NCBI GenBank assembly: GCA_034439575.1
Contig: JAWXAQ010000027.1
Span: 96,001-160,000, forward strand
Source of the DNA: Leptospira sp.
GTDB taxonomy: Bacteria > Spirochaetota > Leptospiria > Leptospirales > Leptospiraceae
Length of the DNA stretch: 64,000 bases
Direction: 5' to 3'
The position numbers and the translations under genes were made by a program. Under the pieces are notes generated by a model. That model saw only the letters and a program-made list of their open reading frames with translations. It was not told where the DNA came from and did not search any database. This document shows, one piece after another, positions 50,410-63,577 of the stretch. The first letter of the stretch is position 1. Every line of letters starts with the position of its first letter.

Positions 50410-51105
50410 TCAATGAAGCTCTGCTACTTCACCACTTCGAATTGAAACATAATTTTCATTGAAAGGAATTTCTACACGAGCGACAGTTCTATCGGCATGG
50501 GTAATGATGCGAAATAAATTTGGATCGATGCCTTCATTTTTCATTAAGATCATAATGAGTGCAATTCCAAGTCCTGCACCTTCCGTGTTATCCATATTGT
50601 CCATATAGAACTCGGCGATATCATTATAGCCCATCGACTTTTTCATTTTTTCTCGCATTCGAGTTTCTTCTGTCTTAATTACGGGGGTATTGTTTACGAC
50701 TTCGACGAGCATTCCATCATCACAGTAATGAAATTTGATTTGGATGAATACACCACGAGCAAGGCAACGGCGACCGTATTCTTCTGCCATTTTTTCTGAG
50801 AACTTTTTGGAATATTCTTTGATCCCTTTTTCGTAATCTTCTGGGTTTGTGATCTCTAATCCTTCATCTTCAAAAAATACTCTTTTTTGGTTGGCCTTAA
50901 TGCCATTGATGGTGAGTTCTTTTGCGATCGTATAAAGCATTTCTACGAAACGTTCATTTTTTCGTCCGGTTAAAATTTCTGTAATCAATCCCAGAACGTA
51001 CTGTTCCAATTGTCTATTCATGCGAGAGGATCGCACAATGATTTTGGAATTTGACTTTACCAGTTCTGGTAGATTTGCTTCTAATTCTTGAAAGGGTTTC
51101 GCCAC
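50410..51105 (-). CDS. GHKL/HATPase-like domain protein
   Basis: N-box-like ELTINGIKAN and G2-box EGAGLGIALI. No HisKA or sensor domain. Confidence 0.6.
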   Translation of the reverse strand: MAKPFQELEANLPELVKSNSKIIVRSSRMNRQLEQYVLGLITEILTGRKNERFVEMLYTIAKELTINGIKANQKRVFFEDEGLEITNPEDYEKGIKEYSKKFSEKMAEEYGRRCLARGVFIQIKFHYCDDGMLVEVVNNTPVIKTEETRMREKMKKSMGYNDIAEFYMDNMDNTEGAGLGIALIMILMKNEGIDPNLFRIITHADRTVARVEIPFNENYVSIRSGEVAELH

Positions 51106-51232
51106 AATAGATCCTTCTCTCTTTCGGGATTCCTATTTATTATCGAACTTGGAAAGAGTAAAACTGAATTCTCACGAAAATTACGAAATTTCCTTATTTT
51201 TTGCCAAAATAAGGAAATAAACTCATTTTCCA

Positions 51233-51262
51233 TTGACCAAACAGGCCCATTAAAAATAGTGT
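51233..51262 (+). promoter_or_regulatory. Candidate sigma70 promoter for the tRNA-secE-nusG operon
   Basis: TTGACC (51233-51238), 18-bp spacer, TAGTGT (51257-51262), about 50 bp upstream of tRNA-Thr. Confidence 0.35.
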
Positions 51263-51312
51263 AAAAAACCTAGCCCTGCTTAGAAGCCCGTGCTTAGTCT
51301 GGGAGAGGATTT

Positions 51313-51384
<72 letters not shown>

Positions 51385-51390
51385 TGAAAT

Positions 51391-51464
<74 letters not shown>

Positions 51465-51519
51465 TTAATAAAGACTGCATGGATTTACCAAGAAAATAGA
51501 GAAGATTAGGACAAAATTG

Positions 51520-51708
51520 ATGAAGGCCACGAGTTTCATTCAAGAGTGCAAAGCAGAATTAGAAAAAGTCCACTGGCCTACGCGTCAAGAGGTAGTGAGT
51601 TCTACTGTCGTTGTCCTTCTTACAGTTATTATATTTTCCCTTTTCCTTTCGGCGTCTGACTTTTTATTTTTAAGATTGCTGAAATGGTTTTGGGCATTGG
51701 GTGCGTAG
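51520..51708 (+). CDS. secE: Preprotein translocase subunit SecE
   Basis: [12 protein letters not shown] followed by one TM helix. Lies between tRNA-Trp and nusG. Confidence 0.93.
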   Translation: MKATSFIQECKAELEKVHWPTRQEVVSSTVVVLLTVIIFSLFLSASDFLFLRLLKWFWALGA

Positions 51709-51724
51709 GAGAGTCTTTTTTTAA

Positions 51725-52279
51725 ATGAGCGATTCTACGGAAAAAAAATGGTATGTCCTTCAGACCTATTCAGGTCATGAAAATAAGGTCAAAACCAACA
51801 TTGAAAAAATGGTCCAACAACAAAAGTTAGAGGATCATGTTTTCTCAGTCAAAATTCCTTCGATGGAAGTTGCTGAGATGAAAAATGGCAAGAAAAAAGT
51901 TACGAAAAAGAAACTTATGCCAGGTTATGTTTTAGTAGAGATGAACATGACGGATGATTTGCGATTCAAAATCCAGAATCTTCCTTCTGTTTCTACGTTT
52001 GTGGGTGGCCAAGGAAAGGGTCCTGAGCCGCTCTCTCTAGATGAGATCAAAAATCTCTTTTCTGATGTCGGCGATGTGGAGTCAGAAGAAGTTTCAAGAC
52101 CTCGTTTTCTATTTAAAGTTGGTGAAACCCTTAAAATCATCGACGGTCCATTTGCCAATTTCAGTGGCTTAGTGGATGAAATATTTCCTGATAAGGGAAG
52201 ATTACGTGTGCGAGTTGAGATTTTTGGCAGGTCAACACCTGTTGAGCTCGATTACCTACAAGTAAAGTCTGAACCGTAA
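51725..52279 (+). CDS. nusG: Transcription termination/antitermination factor NusG
   Basis: WYVLQTYSGHENKV, PGYVLVEM, KOW motif GPFANFSG, IFGRSTPVEL. Confidence 0.97.
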   Translation: MSDSTEKKWYVLQTYSGHENKVKTNIEKMVQQQKLEDHVFSVKIPSMEVAEMKNGKKKVTKKKLMPGYVLVEMNMTDDLRFKIQNLPSVSTFVGGQGKGPEPLSLDEIKNLFSDVGDVESEEVSRPRFLFKVGETLKIIDGPFANFSGLVDEIFPDKGRLRVRVEIFGRSTPVELDYLQVKSEP

Positions 52280-52315
52280 TTTTAAGCTATTTGATAAGTA
52301 AGGATTTTTAAGTTT

Positions 52316-52744
52316 ATGGCCGCAAAGAAAGTAGTAAAACAAATTAAACTCCAAGTGGAAGCTGGTAAAGCAAATCCTGCGCCTCCTGTTGGACCGGCAC
52401 TCGGTCAAGCGGGTTTGAACATTATGGAATTTTGCAAGCAGTTCAATGAGAGAACCAAAGCTCAAATCGGACTCAAACTTCCAGTAGTGATCACAGTTTT
52501 TACAGATAGAAGTTTTACTTTTATCACCAAGTCTCCTCCTGCGGCTTTACTTGTATTAAAGACTCTGGGATTAACATCCGGATCTCCGACACCTCACGTA
52601 ACTAAGGTGGGGACCATCAAACGGGCGCAATTGGAAGAAATTGCAAAAACGAAGATGGAAGATTTAAATGCTAACGATATGGAAGCAGCTGTAAAAATCA
52701 TCGCTGGAACTTGCCGTTCCATGGGTGTAAACGTAGAATTATAA
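52316..52744 (+). CDS. rplK: 50S ribosomal protein L11
   Basis: [33 protein letters not shown]. Confidence 0.98.
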   Translation: MAAKKVVKQIKLQVEAGKANPAPPVGPALGQAGLNIMEFCKQFNERTKAQIGLKLPVVITVFTDRSFTFITKSPPAALLVLKTLGLTSGSPTPHVTKVGTIKRAQLEEIAKTKMEDLNANDMEAAVKIIAGTCRSMGVNVEL

Positions 52745-52764
52745 TAGGATCTTGGTAGATTAAG

Positions 52765-53457
52765 ATGAAACGCGGTAAAAAATACATCCAATTGAAAGAG
52801 AAAGTTGATCGCACAAAAGCTTACACTCTTACGGAAGCTGTGGGATTAGCGAAAGCTACTTCTTACACTAAGTTTGATGGAACTCTTGAGATCTCCACTA
52901 AGATAAACTACAAATCCCTTCAAAATGTTAGGGGAACTATTTCTCTTCCGCATGGAACGGGAAAGACAATCAAAGTTTTAGTTTTCTGTAAAGGTGACAA
53001 ACAAAACGAAGCTCGTGCCGCTGGAGCGGACTTCGTTGGTGATATGGATTTAATCGAAAAAGTGGCTGGTGGTTGGACTGACTTTGATGCTTGTGTGGCC
53101 ACGCCAGACATGATGAAAGAAGTGGGAAAACTCGGTCCAGTTCTTGGTCGAAAAGGTCTTATGCCAAAACCTAAAGCCGGAACAGTTACAACAGATGTCA
53201 CTCGTGCTGTGAACGAATTGAAAGCAGGGCGAGTAGAATACAGACCTGATAAAGGTGGAGTGGTTCACTTAGGTGTAGGAAAAGTATCTTTTTCCGATGA
53301 CAAACTCCAAGACAACATCAATGCAGTTGTTGCTACCCTTATGAAAGACAAACCTTCTGACGCAAAAGGCGATTACCTTCGTTCCTTCGCAGTATCTGCG
53401 ACTATGGGCATAGGTGTTAAAGTCGACGTCAAAGAACTAGTAAACGCAAATATTTAA
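52765..53457 (+). CDS. rplA: 50S ribosomal protein L1
   Basis: LPHGTGK, ATPDMM, LGRKGLMP.PKAGTVT. Confidence 0.98.
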   Translation: MKRGKKYIQLKEKVDRTKAYTLTEAVGLAKATSYTKFDGTLEISTKINYKSLQNVRGTISLPHGTGKTIKVLVFCKGDKQNEARAAGADFVGDMDLIEKVAGGWTDFDACVATPDMMKEVGKLGPVLGRKGLMPKPKAGTVTTDVTRAVNELKAGRVEYRPDKGGVVHLGVGKVSFSDDKLQDNINAVVATLMKDKPSDAKGDYLRSFAVSATMGIGVKVDVKELVNANI

Positions 53458-53470
53458 CGGATAACCATCA

Positions 53471-54001
53471 ATGGCAAACGCAACTAAAATTGAAGCAGTA
53501 ACAGAGTTAAAGACCAGATTAGAAGAAAGACCAAATTTTATTTTAGCGTCTTACAGTGGTCTTACGGTTGAAGACATGACAAATCTAAGAGCAAAACTTC
53601 GTAAAGAAGGCTCGACGATGAAAGTGATCAAAAACAATCTTTTTCTCAGAGCACTTAAAGAATCTTCACTTCATAAAGATAAAACTTTGGATTTTGGAGA
53701 TACTTATAAAGGACCTCTTGCGGCTATTTTTTCAAATGAATCATTGCCTGCAGTTGCTAAAGTTTGCAAAGACTTCGCAAAAGATAAAAAAGAGTTAGAT
53801 GTTAAGACTGGCTATTTCGATGGCCAAGTCCTAGACAAGAAGGGAGTTGAGTCAATCGCTGGACTTCCTTCTAGAAATGAGTTGCTGTCACAAGTGGCAC
53901 GCGGCTTAAACGCACCTAGTACACAAATTGCCTCAGGACTTAACCAAATTATTGCTAGTTTGGCCCGAGGAATCAAAGCTATAGGTGAAAAGAACGGCTA
54001 A
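53471..54001 (+). CDS. rplJ: 50S ribosomal protein L10
   Basis: [26 protein letters not shown]. Position between rplA and rplL. Confidence 0.95.
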   Translation: MANATKIEAVTELKTRLEERPNFILASYSGLTVEDMTNLRAKLRKEGSTMKVIKNNLFLRALKESSLHKDKTLDFGDTYKGPLAAIFSNESLPAVAKVCKDFAKDKKELDVKTGYFDGQVLDKKGVESIAGLPSRNELLSQVARGLNAPSTQIASGLNQIIASLARGIKAIGEKNG

Positions 54002-54047
54002 TATTACACTGGATTTATAGTGATTAGTAGAGTAAGGAGAATATAGG

Positions 54048-54425
54048 ATGTCAGTTGACGCGCTATTAGAACAAATTGGTAATCTTACACTCGTTCAGGC
54101 TTCTGAACTCGTGAAGAAAATGGAAGACAAATTCGGGATTTCTGCTGCTGCACCGGTTGCAGTTGCTGCTGTTGCTGGTGGTGGCCCTGCTGCTGCTGAA
54201 GAACCTGCAACTTTTAACGTAATCTTGAAAGCTCACGGCGACAAAAAAATCGACGTGATTAAACTCGTAAGAGAAATCACAGGTTTAGGTTTAGCAGATG
54301 CGAAAACTCTTGTTGAAGCTGGTGGAAAATCAGTGAAAGAAGGGGTTTCGAAAGACGAAGCTGCTGATATTAAGAAAAAACTCGAAGGTGCTGGGGCTCA
54401 AGTAGAAGTTGCTGCTGCCGGTTAA
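54048..54425 (+). CDS. rplL: 50S ribosomal protein L7/L12
   Basis: [12 protein letters not shown] hinge, [16 protein letters not shown]. Confidence 0.97.
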   Translation: MSVDALLEQIGNLTLVQASELVKKMEDKFGISAAAPVAVAAVAGGGPAAAEEPATFNVILKAHGDKKIDVIKLVREITGLGLADAKTLVEAGGKSVKEGVSKDEAADIKKKLEGAGAQVEVAAAG

Positions 54426-54467
54426 TCACCAGCTTGCAGGTTTCTATTTCCCCTTTCTTCAAAAATT

Positions 54468-54506
54468 TAGAGGCAGGGAGGCCGTAGGCTTCTCCACCTC
54501 TATTTT
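54468..54506 (+). terminator. Hairpin/attenuator-like structure between rplL and rpoB
   Basis: TAGAGG-CA-GGGAGGCC-GTA-GGCTTCTC-CA-CCTCTA followed by TTTTG. Same location as the rplL-rpoB attenuator of other bacteria. Confidence 0.5.
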
Positions 54507-54555
54507 GTTATTTATAGTTACCATCATATTTTGTTATATCTAGGGAGAGTGTTCC

Positions 54556-57500
54556 ATGAATACCCGAATGCAATCTAGAAAGCGGGTAAATTTCGGTAAA
54601 ATTACCGACCTCAATTTACTTCCTAATCTTATCTACGTTCAAAAAAAATCTTTTGACTGGTTTCTCCAGGCAGAAGTGAAAGATCCAACTAAACGCGCGA
54701 ACCAAGGCCTTGAGGCGGTTTTCCGAGAGTCTTTCCCAATCGAGAGTCCCAATAACGATATGGTCATGGAATATGGCCATTACGTATTAGGTGAGGCAAA
54801 ACGAAATCCGCAAGAATGTAAAGATACGGATTCTTCTTATGCCTATCCTCTTAAAGCAGTCATTCGCCTTATCATCAAAGAAACGGGTGAGATTCGGGAA
54901 CAAGTAGTGTATATGGGCGACCTTCCTGTGATGACAGATCACGGAACTTTCGTGATCAATGGTGCCGAAAGAGTTGTGGTCAGCCAATTGCACAGATCTC
55001 CTGGTATTTTCTTTTCCTATGACCAAGCAAGAGATACTTTTTCTGCAAGGGTAATTCCATATCGTGGATCATGGTTAGAATTTGAAATGGACAATAAGGG
55101 TATCCTTGTTGCGAAAATCGACCGTAAGAAAAAATTCCCAGCTACTTTACTTGTAAAATCTATGGGTATGGGAACAAACGAAGAAGTATTACGTTTGTTC
55201 TACGGTTCATCCAAAATGAAAATTGCGGGTGCTGGTCCAAAAGAATTAAAACGACTGATTGGTCGCAGAACCATTGCTGATATCATCAACATGGAAACTG
55301 GCGAAGTTATGCTCGATGCCGGATCCAAAATCAACGAAGATAATATTTCCATCCTTCGAGAAATGAAAGTGAAAGAAGTGGATGTGATCGAATTTCCAAA
55401 AGGAAAAGACAATCCTGTTCTGATAAACTGTCTGGAAAAAGACGGAGTAAACGATTACGAAGATGCGGTGAAAAAATTTCACACCATTATGCGTCCTGGT
55501 GAACCATCGACTATCGAAAACGCAGAATCGGAACTGAGGAGATTATTTTTCTCTCCAAAAACTTTTGATTTGGGTATCGTTGGTCGTTACAAAATCAATA
55601 GCAAATTCGAATTTAATAATCCAAAAGACTTTAATAAAGCGGACGAACGTGTACTTCGAAAAGAAGACATCATTGAAACGGTGCGTTATTTAGTCATGTT
55701 AATGAGCGATGCAGAAAACTATTATCCAGATGACATTGACCATTTGGGCAATAGAAGAATTCGTTCTGTTGGGGAACTTGTTGCCAACCAATTGAAACTT
55801 GGTTTTTCCAGAGTGGAACGTGTCATCAAAGAAAGAATGACGGTCCAAGAACCAGAACAACAAACTCCACAATTATTGATTTCCATTAAACCAATTACAG
55901 CTGTGATCAATGAATTTTTTGGTTCATCTCAGTTGTCGCAATTTATGGACCAAACAAATCCTTTAGCAGAACTTACGCACAAACGTAGGTTAAATGCTCT
56001 TGGACCTGGTGGTCTTTCTCGCGATAGAGCAGGGTTTGAAGTTCGTGACGTGCATTATTCGCATTACGGAAGAATGTGTCCGATTGAAACGCCTGAAGGT
56101 CCAAACATTGGACTCATACTATCCATGTCTAGTTTCGCTCGTGTGAATGATTATGGATTTCTTGAAACACCATACCGAGTTGTGAAGAGTGGAAAAGTAA
56201 CCAAACAAGTTGAATATTTAACAGCCGATAAAGAAGAATACCATTATATGGCGCAGGCTTCGTCTGCGGTAGATGAGAAAGGTGATTTTCAATCTAAACT
56301 AATTTCAACTCGTCACCGAGGGGATTTTCCTTTCAGAAGCCCGGCTGAGATCCAATATATGGACCTTGCTCCATTGCAAGTTGTATCAGTATCCACTGCT
56401 CTTATCCCTTTCCTTGAGCATGATGATGCGAACCGCGCTCTTATGGGTTCGAACATGCAACGTCAAGCTGTACCACTTCTTACCGACGAAGCACCGTTTG
56501 TTGGAACAGGTATTGAATCCAGAGCGGCATATGACGCTGGGGTTTGTATTGTTGCTAAAAAAGACGGGGTTGTTTCTAAGGTGGATGCGGAAGGCGTTTG
56601 GGTAAAAGAAGATGCTTCAAAAGAAATAGCTCATTACCCTTTGATTAAGTTCAAAAAAACGAACCAAGGCACTTGTTTTAACCAAAAACCAAACGTAAGT
56701 ATGTTACATGCATACGCTTCCGGAAAGGTTTCAAAAGTTTCCAAAGAAAGAATTGAAATTACATTAAATGATGGTGAAAAAGAAATACATGAATTGATTC
56801 AAAATGAAGAAATTCAATTTGTAGCACTTGTTAAAGAAGGACAAGATGTTCCTATAGGTTTTCCTATCGCAGGTCAACTCATTAAGGGTGAAAGAGTTGG
56901 GGAATTCGGTGCCATTTTACAAAAAGGTACTGTTCTTGCCAATGGACCTTCAACTGATTCAGGTTATTTGGCGCTTGGTAAAAACGTACTTGTTGCCTTT
57001 ATGCCTTGGGAAGGTTACAACTTTGAGGATGCGATTCTGATTTCAGAACGTATCATCAAAGAAGATGTTTTTTCATCTATCCACATTGAAGAATTCGAAA
57101 TCCAGGCTCGCGAAACAAAACTTGGACAAGAACAAATCACTCGTGACATTCCAAACTTATCCGACAAAGCATTCCGTGATCTAGATGAAACGGGTGTGAT
57201 TCGTATTGGTGCCGAAGTCAAACCCGGTGATATATTGGTCGGTATGGTAACTCCGAAAGGAGAAACAGACCTTACTCCTGAATATAAATTACTTCACTCT
57301 ATTTTTGGTGAAAAGGCGAAAGAAGTAAGAGATTCTTCTCTTCGTATGCCAAATGGTTTTGAAGGAACGGTTATAGATATCAAAAGATTCTCGCGTGAAA
57401 CAGGTGATGAACTTGCGGCAGGCGTTGAAGAAATGGTAAAGGTTTATGTTGCTCGTAAACGTAAACTACTTGTTGGGGATAAGATGGCAGGCCGACACGG

Positions 57501-58242
57501 TAACAAAGGTGTTGTGGCAAGAGTTATGGCCCAAGAAGACATGCCATATATGGAAGACGGCACTCCTGTAGACATCGTGCTTAACCCACTTGGGGTTCCA
57601 TCACGTATGAACTTGGGACAGATTTTTGAAACGCAATTAGGTTTTGCTGCTAAAAAACTTGGCCTTAACTTTGAAACACCAGTATTTGATGGTGCTACCG
57701 AAGAACACGTACAAGACTATTGCAAACAAGCAGGCCTCCCATCCAATAGTAAATTTAAACTTTATGATGGTAGAACAGGTGAATCATTCATCAATCCAGT
57801 GTTTTGTGGATACATCTATATGTTGAAGCTTGCACACTTAGTAGATGATAAGATCCATGCTCGTTCTACTGGTCCATACTCACTTGTCACACAACAACCA
57901 CTTGGCGGTAAAGCGCAGTTTGGTGGCCAAAGACTAGGAGAGATGGAAGTTTGGGCACTCGAAGCTTATGGTGCATCTCACACATTACAAGAGTTATTAA
58001 CAATAAAATCTGATGATATGTTGGGTCGGGCTCGTATTTATGAAGCGATCGTGAAGGGGATTCATTCCATTAAACCAGGAATTCCAGAATCTTTCAACGT
58101 TCTCGTTCAAGAATTACGTGGTCTTGCCCTAGACATTATCATCAAAGACTCTGAAGGTCTGGAAGTGGATATTTCTGATTACGAAGATGAGTTCTCGAAA
58201 AACAAAAAGAAAATTAAATTCGAAACCATCGAAAACGCGTAA
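54556..58242 (+). CDS. rpoB: DNA-directed RNA polymerase subunit beta
   Basis: [48 protein letters not shown]. Confidence 0.99.
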   Translation: MNTRMQSRKRVNFGKITDLNLLPNLIYVQKKSFDWFLQAEVKDPTKRANQGLEAVFRESFPIESPNNDMVMEYGHYVLGEAKRNPQECKDTDSSYAYPLKAVIRLIIKETGEIREQVVYMGDLPVMTDHGTFVINGAERVVVSQLHRSPGIFFSYDQARDTFSARVIPYRGSWLEFEMDNKGILVAKIDRKKKFPATLLVKSMGMGTNEEVLRLFYGSSKMKIAGAGPKELKRLIGRRTIADIINMETGEVMLDAGSKINEDNISILREMKVKEVDVIEFPKGKDNPVLINCLEKDGVNDYEDAVKKFHTIMRPGEPSTIENAESELRRLFFSPKTFDLGIVGRYKINSKFEFNNPKDFNKADERVLRKEDIIETVRYLVMLMSDAENYYPDDIDHLGNRRIRSVGELVANQLKLGFSRVERVIKERMTVQEPEQQTPQLLISIKPITAVINEFFGSSQLSQFMDQTNPLAELTHKRRLNALGPGGLSRDRAGFEVRDVHYSHYGRMCPIETPEGPNIGLILSMSSFARVNDYGFLETPYRVVKSGKVTKQVEYLTADKEEYHYMAQASSAVDEKGDFQSKLISTRHRGDFPFRSPAEIQYMDLAPLQVVSVSTALIPFLEHDDANRALMGSNMQRQAVPLLTDEAPFVGTGIESRAAYDAGVCIVAKKDGVVSKVDAEGVWVKEDASKEIAHYPLIKFKKTNQGTCFNQKPNVSMLHAYASGKVSKVSKERIEITLNDGEKEIHELIQNEEIQFVALVKEGQDVPIGFPIAGQLIKGERVGEFGAILQKGTVLANGPSTDSGYLALGKNVLVAFMPWEGYNFEDAILISERIIKEDVFSSIHIEEFEIQARETKLGQEQITRDIPNLSDKAFRDLDETGVIRIGAEVKPGDILVGMVTPKGETDLTPEYKLLHSIFGEKAKEVRDSSLRMPNGFEGTVIDIKRFSRETGDELAAGVEEMVKVYVARKRKLLVGDKMAGRHGNKGVVARVMAQEDMPYMEDGTPVDIVLNPLGVPSRMNLGQIFETQLGFAAKKLGLNFETPVFDGATEEHVQDYCKQAGLPSNSKFKLYDGRTGESFINPVFCGYIYMLKLAHLVDDKIHARSTGPYSLVTQQPLGGKAQFGGQRLGEMEVWALEAYGASHTLQELLTIKSDDMLGRARIYEAIVKGIHSIKPGIPESFNVLVQELRGLALDIIIKDSEGLEVDISDYEDEFSKNKKKIKFETIENA

Positions 58243-58253
58243 GGAACAAGATT

Positions 58254-61200
58254 ATGAGAAATTACAACAGTTTTGAATCAATCACGATCCGTCTGGCTTC
58301 ACCAGAACGGATCAAAGAATGGTCGTTTGGCGAAGTAAAAAAACCCGAAACCATCAACTACCGTACCTTAAAACCGGAGAGAGATGGTTTATTTTGTGAA
58401 AAAATATTTGGAACCACAAAAGACTGGGAATGTTATTGCGGTAAATTTAAATCCATTCGTTACAAAGGTGTTGTTTGCGACAAATGTGGAGTGGAAGTAA
58501 CACACTCCAAAGTTCGTCGTGAAAGAATGGGGCACATTGAACTTGCGGCCCCAGTTTCTCATATTTGGTATTATAGATCTGTTCCATCACGTATGGGTCT
58601 TCTTTTGGATATGACAATCAACCAATTGAAGAGCGTTCTTTATTTTGAAAAATATGTGATCATTGATCCTGCGGATTCGGGAAGAAGCCGTGGTGAACTT
58701 ATTGATGAAGATGAATACCATAACTTCTTAGATGAATATGGTGATAAGTTTATCGCAGGTATCGGTGGGGATGCCATTAAAGAACTACTTGCACGTATCG
58801 ATGTAGATGCAGAAGCAAGAGCCATTCGTCAAAAAATCCAAGATAGAAGTAAAATTTCTGACAAAAGAATTTATAAAAGATTAGAAGTATTAGAAGCCTT
58901 CCGTGATTCAGGGAACCGTCCTGAATGGATGGTGCTCGATGTAGTTCCAGTGATTCCGCCTGAACTTCGACCTATGGTACAATTAGAAGGAGGTCGTTTT
59001 GCGACTTCTGATTTAAATGATTTGTATCGTCGCGTAATTAACCGTAACAACCGTTTGAAGCGACTTCTTGCACTAAAAGCTCCAGAAATTATCGTACGAA
59101 ACGAAAAACGTATGTTACAGGAAGCGGTTGATGCTTTATTTGATAACAGCCGTCGCAAACGTACTGTGAAGGGCAAGGGAAATAGACCATTGAAATCTAT
59201 TTCCGACATGTTGAAAGGTAAACAAGGACGTTTCCGCCAAAACTTACTTGGTAAACGTGTGGATTATTCTGGTCGTTCGGTAATTGTTGTGGGTCCAGAA
59301 CTTAAATACCACCAAATGGGTCTTCCAAAAAAGATGGCTCTTGAACTTTTCAAGCCTTTCATCATGAAACGCCTTGTGGATCTTGAACTAGCTCCAAACA
59401 TTAAATCTGCGAAGAAGAAAATTGAAGCAGAAGATCGTGAAGTATTCGATGTTTTGGATACTGTAGTTAAAGAACACCCTGTATTATTAAACAGAGCTCC
59501 TACTCTTCATAGACTCGGGATCCAAGCTTTCCTTCCCATCTTAGTTGAAGGTAAAGCGATCAAATTGCATCCTCTAGTTTGCCATGCCTTTAATGCTGAC
59601 TTTGACGGTGACCAAATGGCCATCCACCTTCCACTTGCTCCAAAAGCACAGTTGGAAACATGGATGCTTATGTTATCACCGCATAACATCTTAAATCCAG
59701 CGAACGGACAACCGATTTGCGGACCGACACAAGACATCGTACTTGGTATTTATTATCTTACTTCAGAAGTGAAGGATGCTAAGGGCCAAGGTAAATTTTT
59801 TACTGGTCTTGATGAGATTATGTATGCCATAGAAAGTAAAACAGTGGAGATTCGTTCCAAAATCTCCGTGTTACACGAAGGTAAAATTATCGAAACAACA
59901 CCTGGTAGACTAATTTTCAACCAGGTGATGCCAAAAGGTTATGTTTACGTAAACAGAACCCTCGGTGATAAAGAAACCAATAAAATCATAGCTGATGTTT
60001 ATGAAAAATTTGGCCCAGGTGCCACTGTTGTTATGCTCGACGAGATCAAACGTCTCGGTTATAAATATGCAACATACTTCGCACCAACAATCTCCATAGA
60101 AGATATACGAGTATCTCCACACAAAGAAGGTCTAGTCAACGACGCCAACAAAGAAGTGGAAAAAGCGGATATGGAGTACCGAAAAGGTATTATCACTAAC
60201 GAAGAACGATACAAAAAGGTAATCGAAATTTGGACAAAAACAAATGATAAAATTACTGATGGTATGTTCAAAGAGTTAGAGAAAGACCAAGGTGGTTTTA
60301 ACCCAGTTTTCGTAATGGCGGCCTCAGGTGCTCGTGGATCAAAACAACAGATTCGCCAGCTAGCAGGGATGAGGGGACTTATGGCTAAGCCAAGTGGCGA
60401 GATCATTGAGCTTGCCATCAGATCAAACTTCCGTGAAGGTTTGGGTGTATTAGAATTTTTTATCTCTACGCACGGTGCGAGAAAAGGTCTTGCGGATACG
60501 GCACTAAAAACTGCCGATGCGGGTTATTTGACTCGTCGTCTAGTGGACATTTCTCAAGACGTAATCGTTTCTGAAGACGATTGTGGTACAAAAGAAAACG
60601 TAACTCTCGGTATGGTAAAAGAGGGCGAAAATATTATCGTGACTCTTGCTGACCGTGTGTTTGGCCGTTATACGGCAGAAGATCTTGTGGATCCAGTGAC
60701 AGAAAAAGTGGTTTTCCCTAAAGATACCATCATCACTCGCGCCATTGGCCAGCAGATCGAAAATCTTGGTTATGATAAAATCAAAGTTAGATCACCTTTA
60801 ACTTGTAGATCAAGACAAGGAATTTGTACAAAATGTTACGGTATGGACATGGCTCGCCTTGTTCCAGCTGAGATTGGGGAAGCTGTGGGAACCATTGCGG
60901 CTCAATCCATTGGGCAACCGGGAACACAGCTTACCATGAGAACTTTCCACATTGGTGGTGCGGCATCTGCTACGATCCAAGAGAAAGAACACAAAGTTGG
61001 ATATCGATGTCTAGTTAAATCAGTGAACGGACGTTTGGTGACAAACCCTACTGGCTCAAAAGTATTCACTCGTCGTGGAACAATTATCGTTCAAAGACTT
61101 GTGCAAGAATTTCAAACTTCAACTCTTTCTAATATTCGAGTCATTGATGGACAAAGATTGGAAAAAGGGGAAGTATTCGGAACTCAATTGACTGAAAACG

Positions 61201-62573
61201 GAGAACAAATGGTAACGGCTGACCAGCCAGGAACTGTTTCTCTTCAAGGTTCATTGTTACGAGTGCTTGGTGATGATTTAGTAATCCCTGTAAAAGTGGG
61301 AACATTACTCAAATGTGCAGATAATGACATAGTCGATGAAAACAAACCACTCGCAGAGTTTGACCCATATAACGAAGTTGTTGTGACAGAAATTGGCGGA
61401 ACGATTTCTTGGGAAGATTTAGAAGTTGGTAAAAACGTTCGCCGAGATGTAGATCCAAAAACCTCTAATATTATCTTTAAAGTAGTAGAACAGAAAAAAG
61501 ATCGTTTGGTTCCAGTTGTTGCTGTCTTAGGAGCAACAAACGAAAGTTATTCTGTGCCTGTGGATGCCTTACTCCAGTTCCAATCGGGAGACAAGGTAAA
61601 AGAAGGAGATATTCTTTTCAAAATTCCATCTGTTGCAGAAAAAACACGAGATATCACTGGTGGATTACCTCGAGTTGACGAACTTTTTGAAGCAAGACGT
61701 CCAAAAGATGCTTGTACCTTAGCAGAAATCGAAGGTAAAATTGAAGACCGCGGGGAAATCGTAAAAGAAAAACGTATACTTTATATCATTTCTGAATCTG
61801 CCGAAGTGGAAAAGGTTAAAGTAGCGATCCCGATTGGTAAACAACTTCGAGTTCGTCATGGCGACTTTGTGAAAGTAGGCGACCAAATTGATGAAGGAAA
61901 CTTTGATCCACATGATATTTTGGCCATCAAAGGACCAAATGCCCTTCACAACTATATGGTTTCCGAAGTGCAAGAAGTGTATCGTCTGCAAGGTGTTCAT
62001 ATCAATGATAAACACATTGAAGTTGTCGTAAGACAGATGTTAAGAAAGGTTATCATCACAGACAGTGGGGATACATCTTTTGTCAATCAACAGCAAGTAG
62101 ATCGATTTTTATACAATGAAGAGAATGAAAGAGTGATTGCTGAGGGGGGAAGTCCTGCGAATTCCCAGCCGATACTTCTTGGATTAACAAAAGCATCCTT
62201 GAATACAGAATCTTATTTCTCAGCGGCTTCCTTCCAGGAAACAACTAAGGTTTTAACGGATGCTGCCATCAAGGGCAAAACGGATCACCTAATGGGTTTA
62301 AAAGAGAACGTGATTATCGGACATATGATCCCTGCCGGAACGGGCATGAAAAAATACCGAGACATCGAAGTTTTCAAAGATATACCTGGAGATTTGGATT
62401 GGGATCTTGAGGAAGAGGAAGAAGTAGAAGAAGAAATGGTCGAAATACCAGAATCGGCTCCTGTTTCTGTAGTTACTCTTTCTAAGTTAGTGGAAGAAGA
62501 TGATGAGGACGAAGACGAATTAGAAGATGATGATTCGGATGCGGACGCAGAAGAAGAGGATGACGAAGATTAA
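58254..62573 (+). CDS. rpoC: DNA-directed RNA polymerase subunit beta'
   Basis: NADFDGD catalytic motif, N-terminal Zn ribbon, [10 protein letters not shown], long acidic C-terminal tail. Confidence 0.99.
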   Translation: MRNYNSFESITIRLASPERIKEWSFGEVKKPETINYRTLKPERDGLFCEKIFGTTKDWECYCGKFKSIRYKGVVCDKCGVEVTHSKVRRERMGHIELAAPVSHIWYYRSVPSRMGLLLDMTINQLKSVLYFEKYVIIDPADSGRSRGELIDEDEYHNFLDEYGDKFIAGIGGDAIKELLARIDVDAEARAIRQKIQDRSKISDKRIYKRLEVLEAFRDSGNRPEWMVLDVVPVIPPELRPMVQLEGGRFATSDLNDLYRRVINRNNRLKRLLALKAPEIIVRNEKRMLQEAVDALFDNSRRKRTVKGKGNRPLKSISDMLKGKQGRFRQNLLGKRVDYSGRSVIVVGPELKYHQMGLPKKMALELFKPFIMKRLVDLELAPNIKSAKKKIEAEDREVFDVLDTVVKEHPVLLNRAPTLHRLGIQAFLPILVEGKAIKLHPLVCHAFNADFDGDQMAIHLPLAPKAQLETWMLMLSPHNILNPANGQPICGPTQDIVLGIYYLTSEVKDAKGQGKFFTGLDEIMYAIESKTVEIRSKISVLHEGKIIETTPGRLIFNQVMPKGYVYVNRTLGDKETNKIIADVYEKFGPGATVVMLDEIKRLGYKYATYFAPTISIEDIRVSPHKEGLVNDANKEVEKADMEYRKGIITNEERYKKVIEIWTKTNDKITDGMFKELEKDQGGFNPVFVMAASGARGSKQQIRQLAGMRGLMAKPSGEIIELAIRSNFREGLGVLEFFISTHGARKGLADTALKTADAGYLTRRLVDISQDVIVSEDDCGTKENVTLGMVKEGENIIVTLADRVFGRYTAEDLVDPVTEKVVFPKDTIITRAIGQQIENLGYDKIKVRSPLTCRSRQGICTKCYGMDMARLVPAEIGEAVGTIAAQSIGQPGTQLTMRTFHIGGAASATIQEKEHKVGYRCLVKSVNGRLVTNPTGSKVFTRRGTIIVQRLVQEFQTSTLSNIRVIDGQRLEKGEVFGTQLTENGEQMVTADQPGTVSLQGSLLRVLGDDLVIPVKVGTLLKCADNDIVDENKPLAEFDPYNEVVVTEIGGTISWEDLEVGKNVRRDVDPKTSNIIFKVVEQKKDRLVPVVAVLGATNESYSVPVDALLQFQSGDKVKEGDILFKIPSVAEKTRDITGGLPRVDELFEARRPKDACTLAEIEGKIEDRGEIVKEKRILYIISESAEVEKVKVAIPIGKQLRVRHGDFVKVGDQIDEGNFDPHDILAIKGPNALHNYMVSEVQEVYRLQGVHINDKHIEVVVRQMLRKVIITDSGDTSFVNQQQVDRFLYNEENERVIAEGGSPANSQPILLGLTKASLNTESYFSAASFQETTKVLTDAAIKGKTDHLMGLKENVIIGHMIPAGTGMKKYRDIEVFKDIPGDLDWDLEEEEEVEEEMVEIPESAPVSVVTLSKLVEEDDEDEDELEDDDSDADAEEEDDED

Positions 62574-62685
62574 ATTCTTCGTCTCCTGAAAACAATTTAG
62601 GTTTTCGTTTACAAAAACAGGTATTCTGGAAATTTGGACGGAAACGGCATATTTTTATAAAGAAATAGAGTTAAGAAGGAATCGA

Positions 62686-63060
62686 ATGCCTACAATTAAT
62701 CAGCTCATCCGACATGGAAGAGACGCACAAAAGAAAAGAACTAAATCACCTGCTCTAAAGGCATGCCCTCAAAGAAGGGGTGTTTGCACGCGGGTTATGA
62801 CTTTCACACCTAAAAAACCAAACTCAGCTCTTCGTAAAGTAGCGAGAGTTAGGTTGACTACTGGTATTGAAGTCACTGCATATATTCCAGGCGAGGGTCA
62901 CAATCTTCAAGAACACAACGTTGTTCTCATTCGTGGTGGAAGGGTAAAAGATTTACCAGGGGTTCGTTATCATATCGTTCGCGGAACACTGGATACACTC
63001 GGTGTTGATAAACGTCGTAAAAGCCGATCAAAATATGGCGCTAAGCGTCCTAAGGCGTAG
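62686..63060 (+). CDS. rpsL: 30S ribosomal protein S12
   Basis: [29 protein letters not shown]. Confidence 0.99.
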   Translation: MPTINQLIRHGRDAQKKRTKSPALKACPQRRGVCTRVMTFTPKKPNSALRKVARVRLTTGIEVTAYIPGEGHNLQEHNVVLIRGGRVKDLPGVRYHIVRGTLDTLGVDKRRKSRSKYGAKRPKA

Positions 63061-63074
63061 AGGAGAGTTTTTGT

Positions 63075-63548
63075 ATGTCTAGAAGAAGAGGAAAAGTTGA
63101 CCCACGCCCGATGATCGGGGATCCAAAATACAATGATAAAGTAATTACAAAGTTTATCAATTGTTTGATGGTTGATGGTAAAAAAAGTGTCGCAGAATCA
63201 GTATTTTACGATGCTTTAGAAGTTATTAATAAAAAAACTGGCCAAGACGCTTTTACCGTATTCCAAGAAGCTTTGGAAAACGTAAAACCACAAGTCGAAG
63301 TTAAATCTCGACGAGTGGGTGGTGTTACTTACCAAGTTCCTATTGAAGTAAGACCAGAAAGACGTCTTGCTCTTGGGATCAGATGGCTGATTCGTTATTC
63401 TAGAGATAGAAACGAAAAATCTATGAAAAACAAATTGGCGGCAGAATTTATGGAAGCTCAAAAAGGCACAGGTTCTGCAATCAAGAAGAAAGAAGATATT
63501 CGAAAAATGGCAGATGCCAACAAAGCATTCTCTCATTATCGTTGGTAA
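63075..63548 (+). CDS. rpsG: 30S ribosomal protein S7
   Basis: EVKSRRVGG.TYQVP, MADANKAFSHYRW. Confidence 0.99.
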   Translation: MSRRRGKVDPRPMIGDPKYNDKVITKFINCLMVDGKKSVAESVFYDALEVINKKTGQDAFTVFQEALENVKPQVEVKSRRVGGVTYQVPIEVRPERRLALGIRWLIRYSRDRNEKSMKNKLAAEFMEAQKGTGSAIKKKEDIRKMADANKAFSHYRW

Positions 63549-63577
63549 AATTTTTAATTCGATTCTAAACCATTTGG

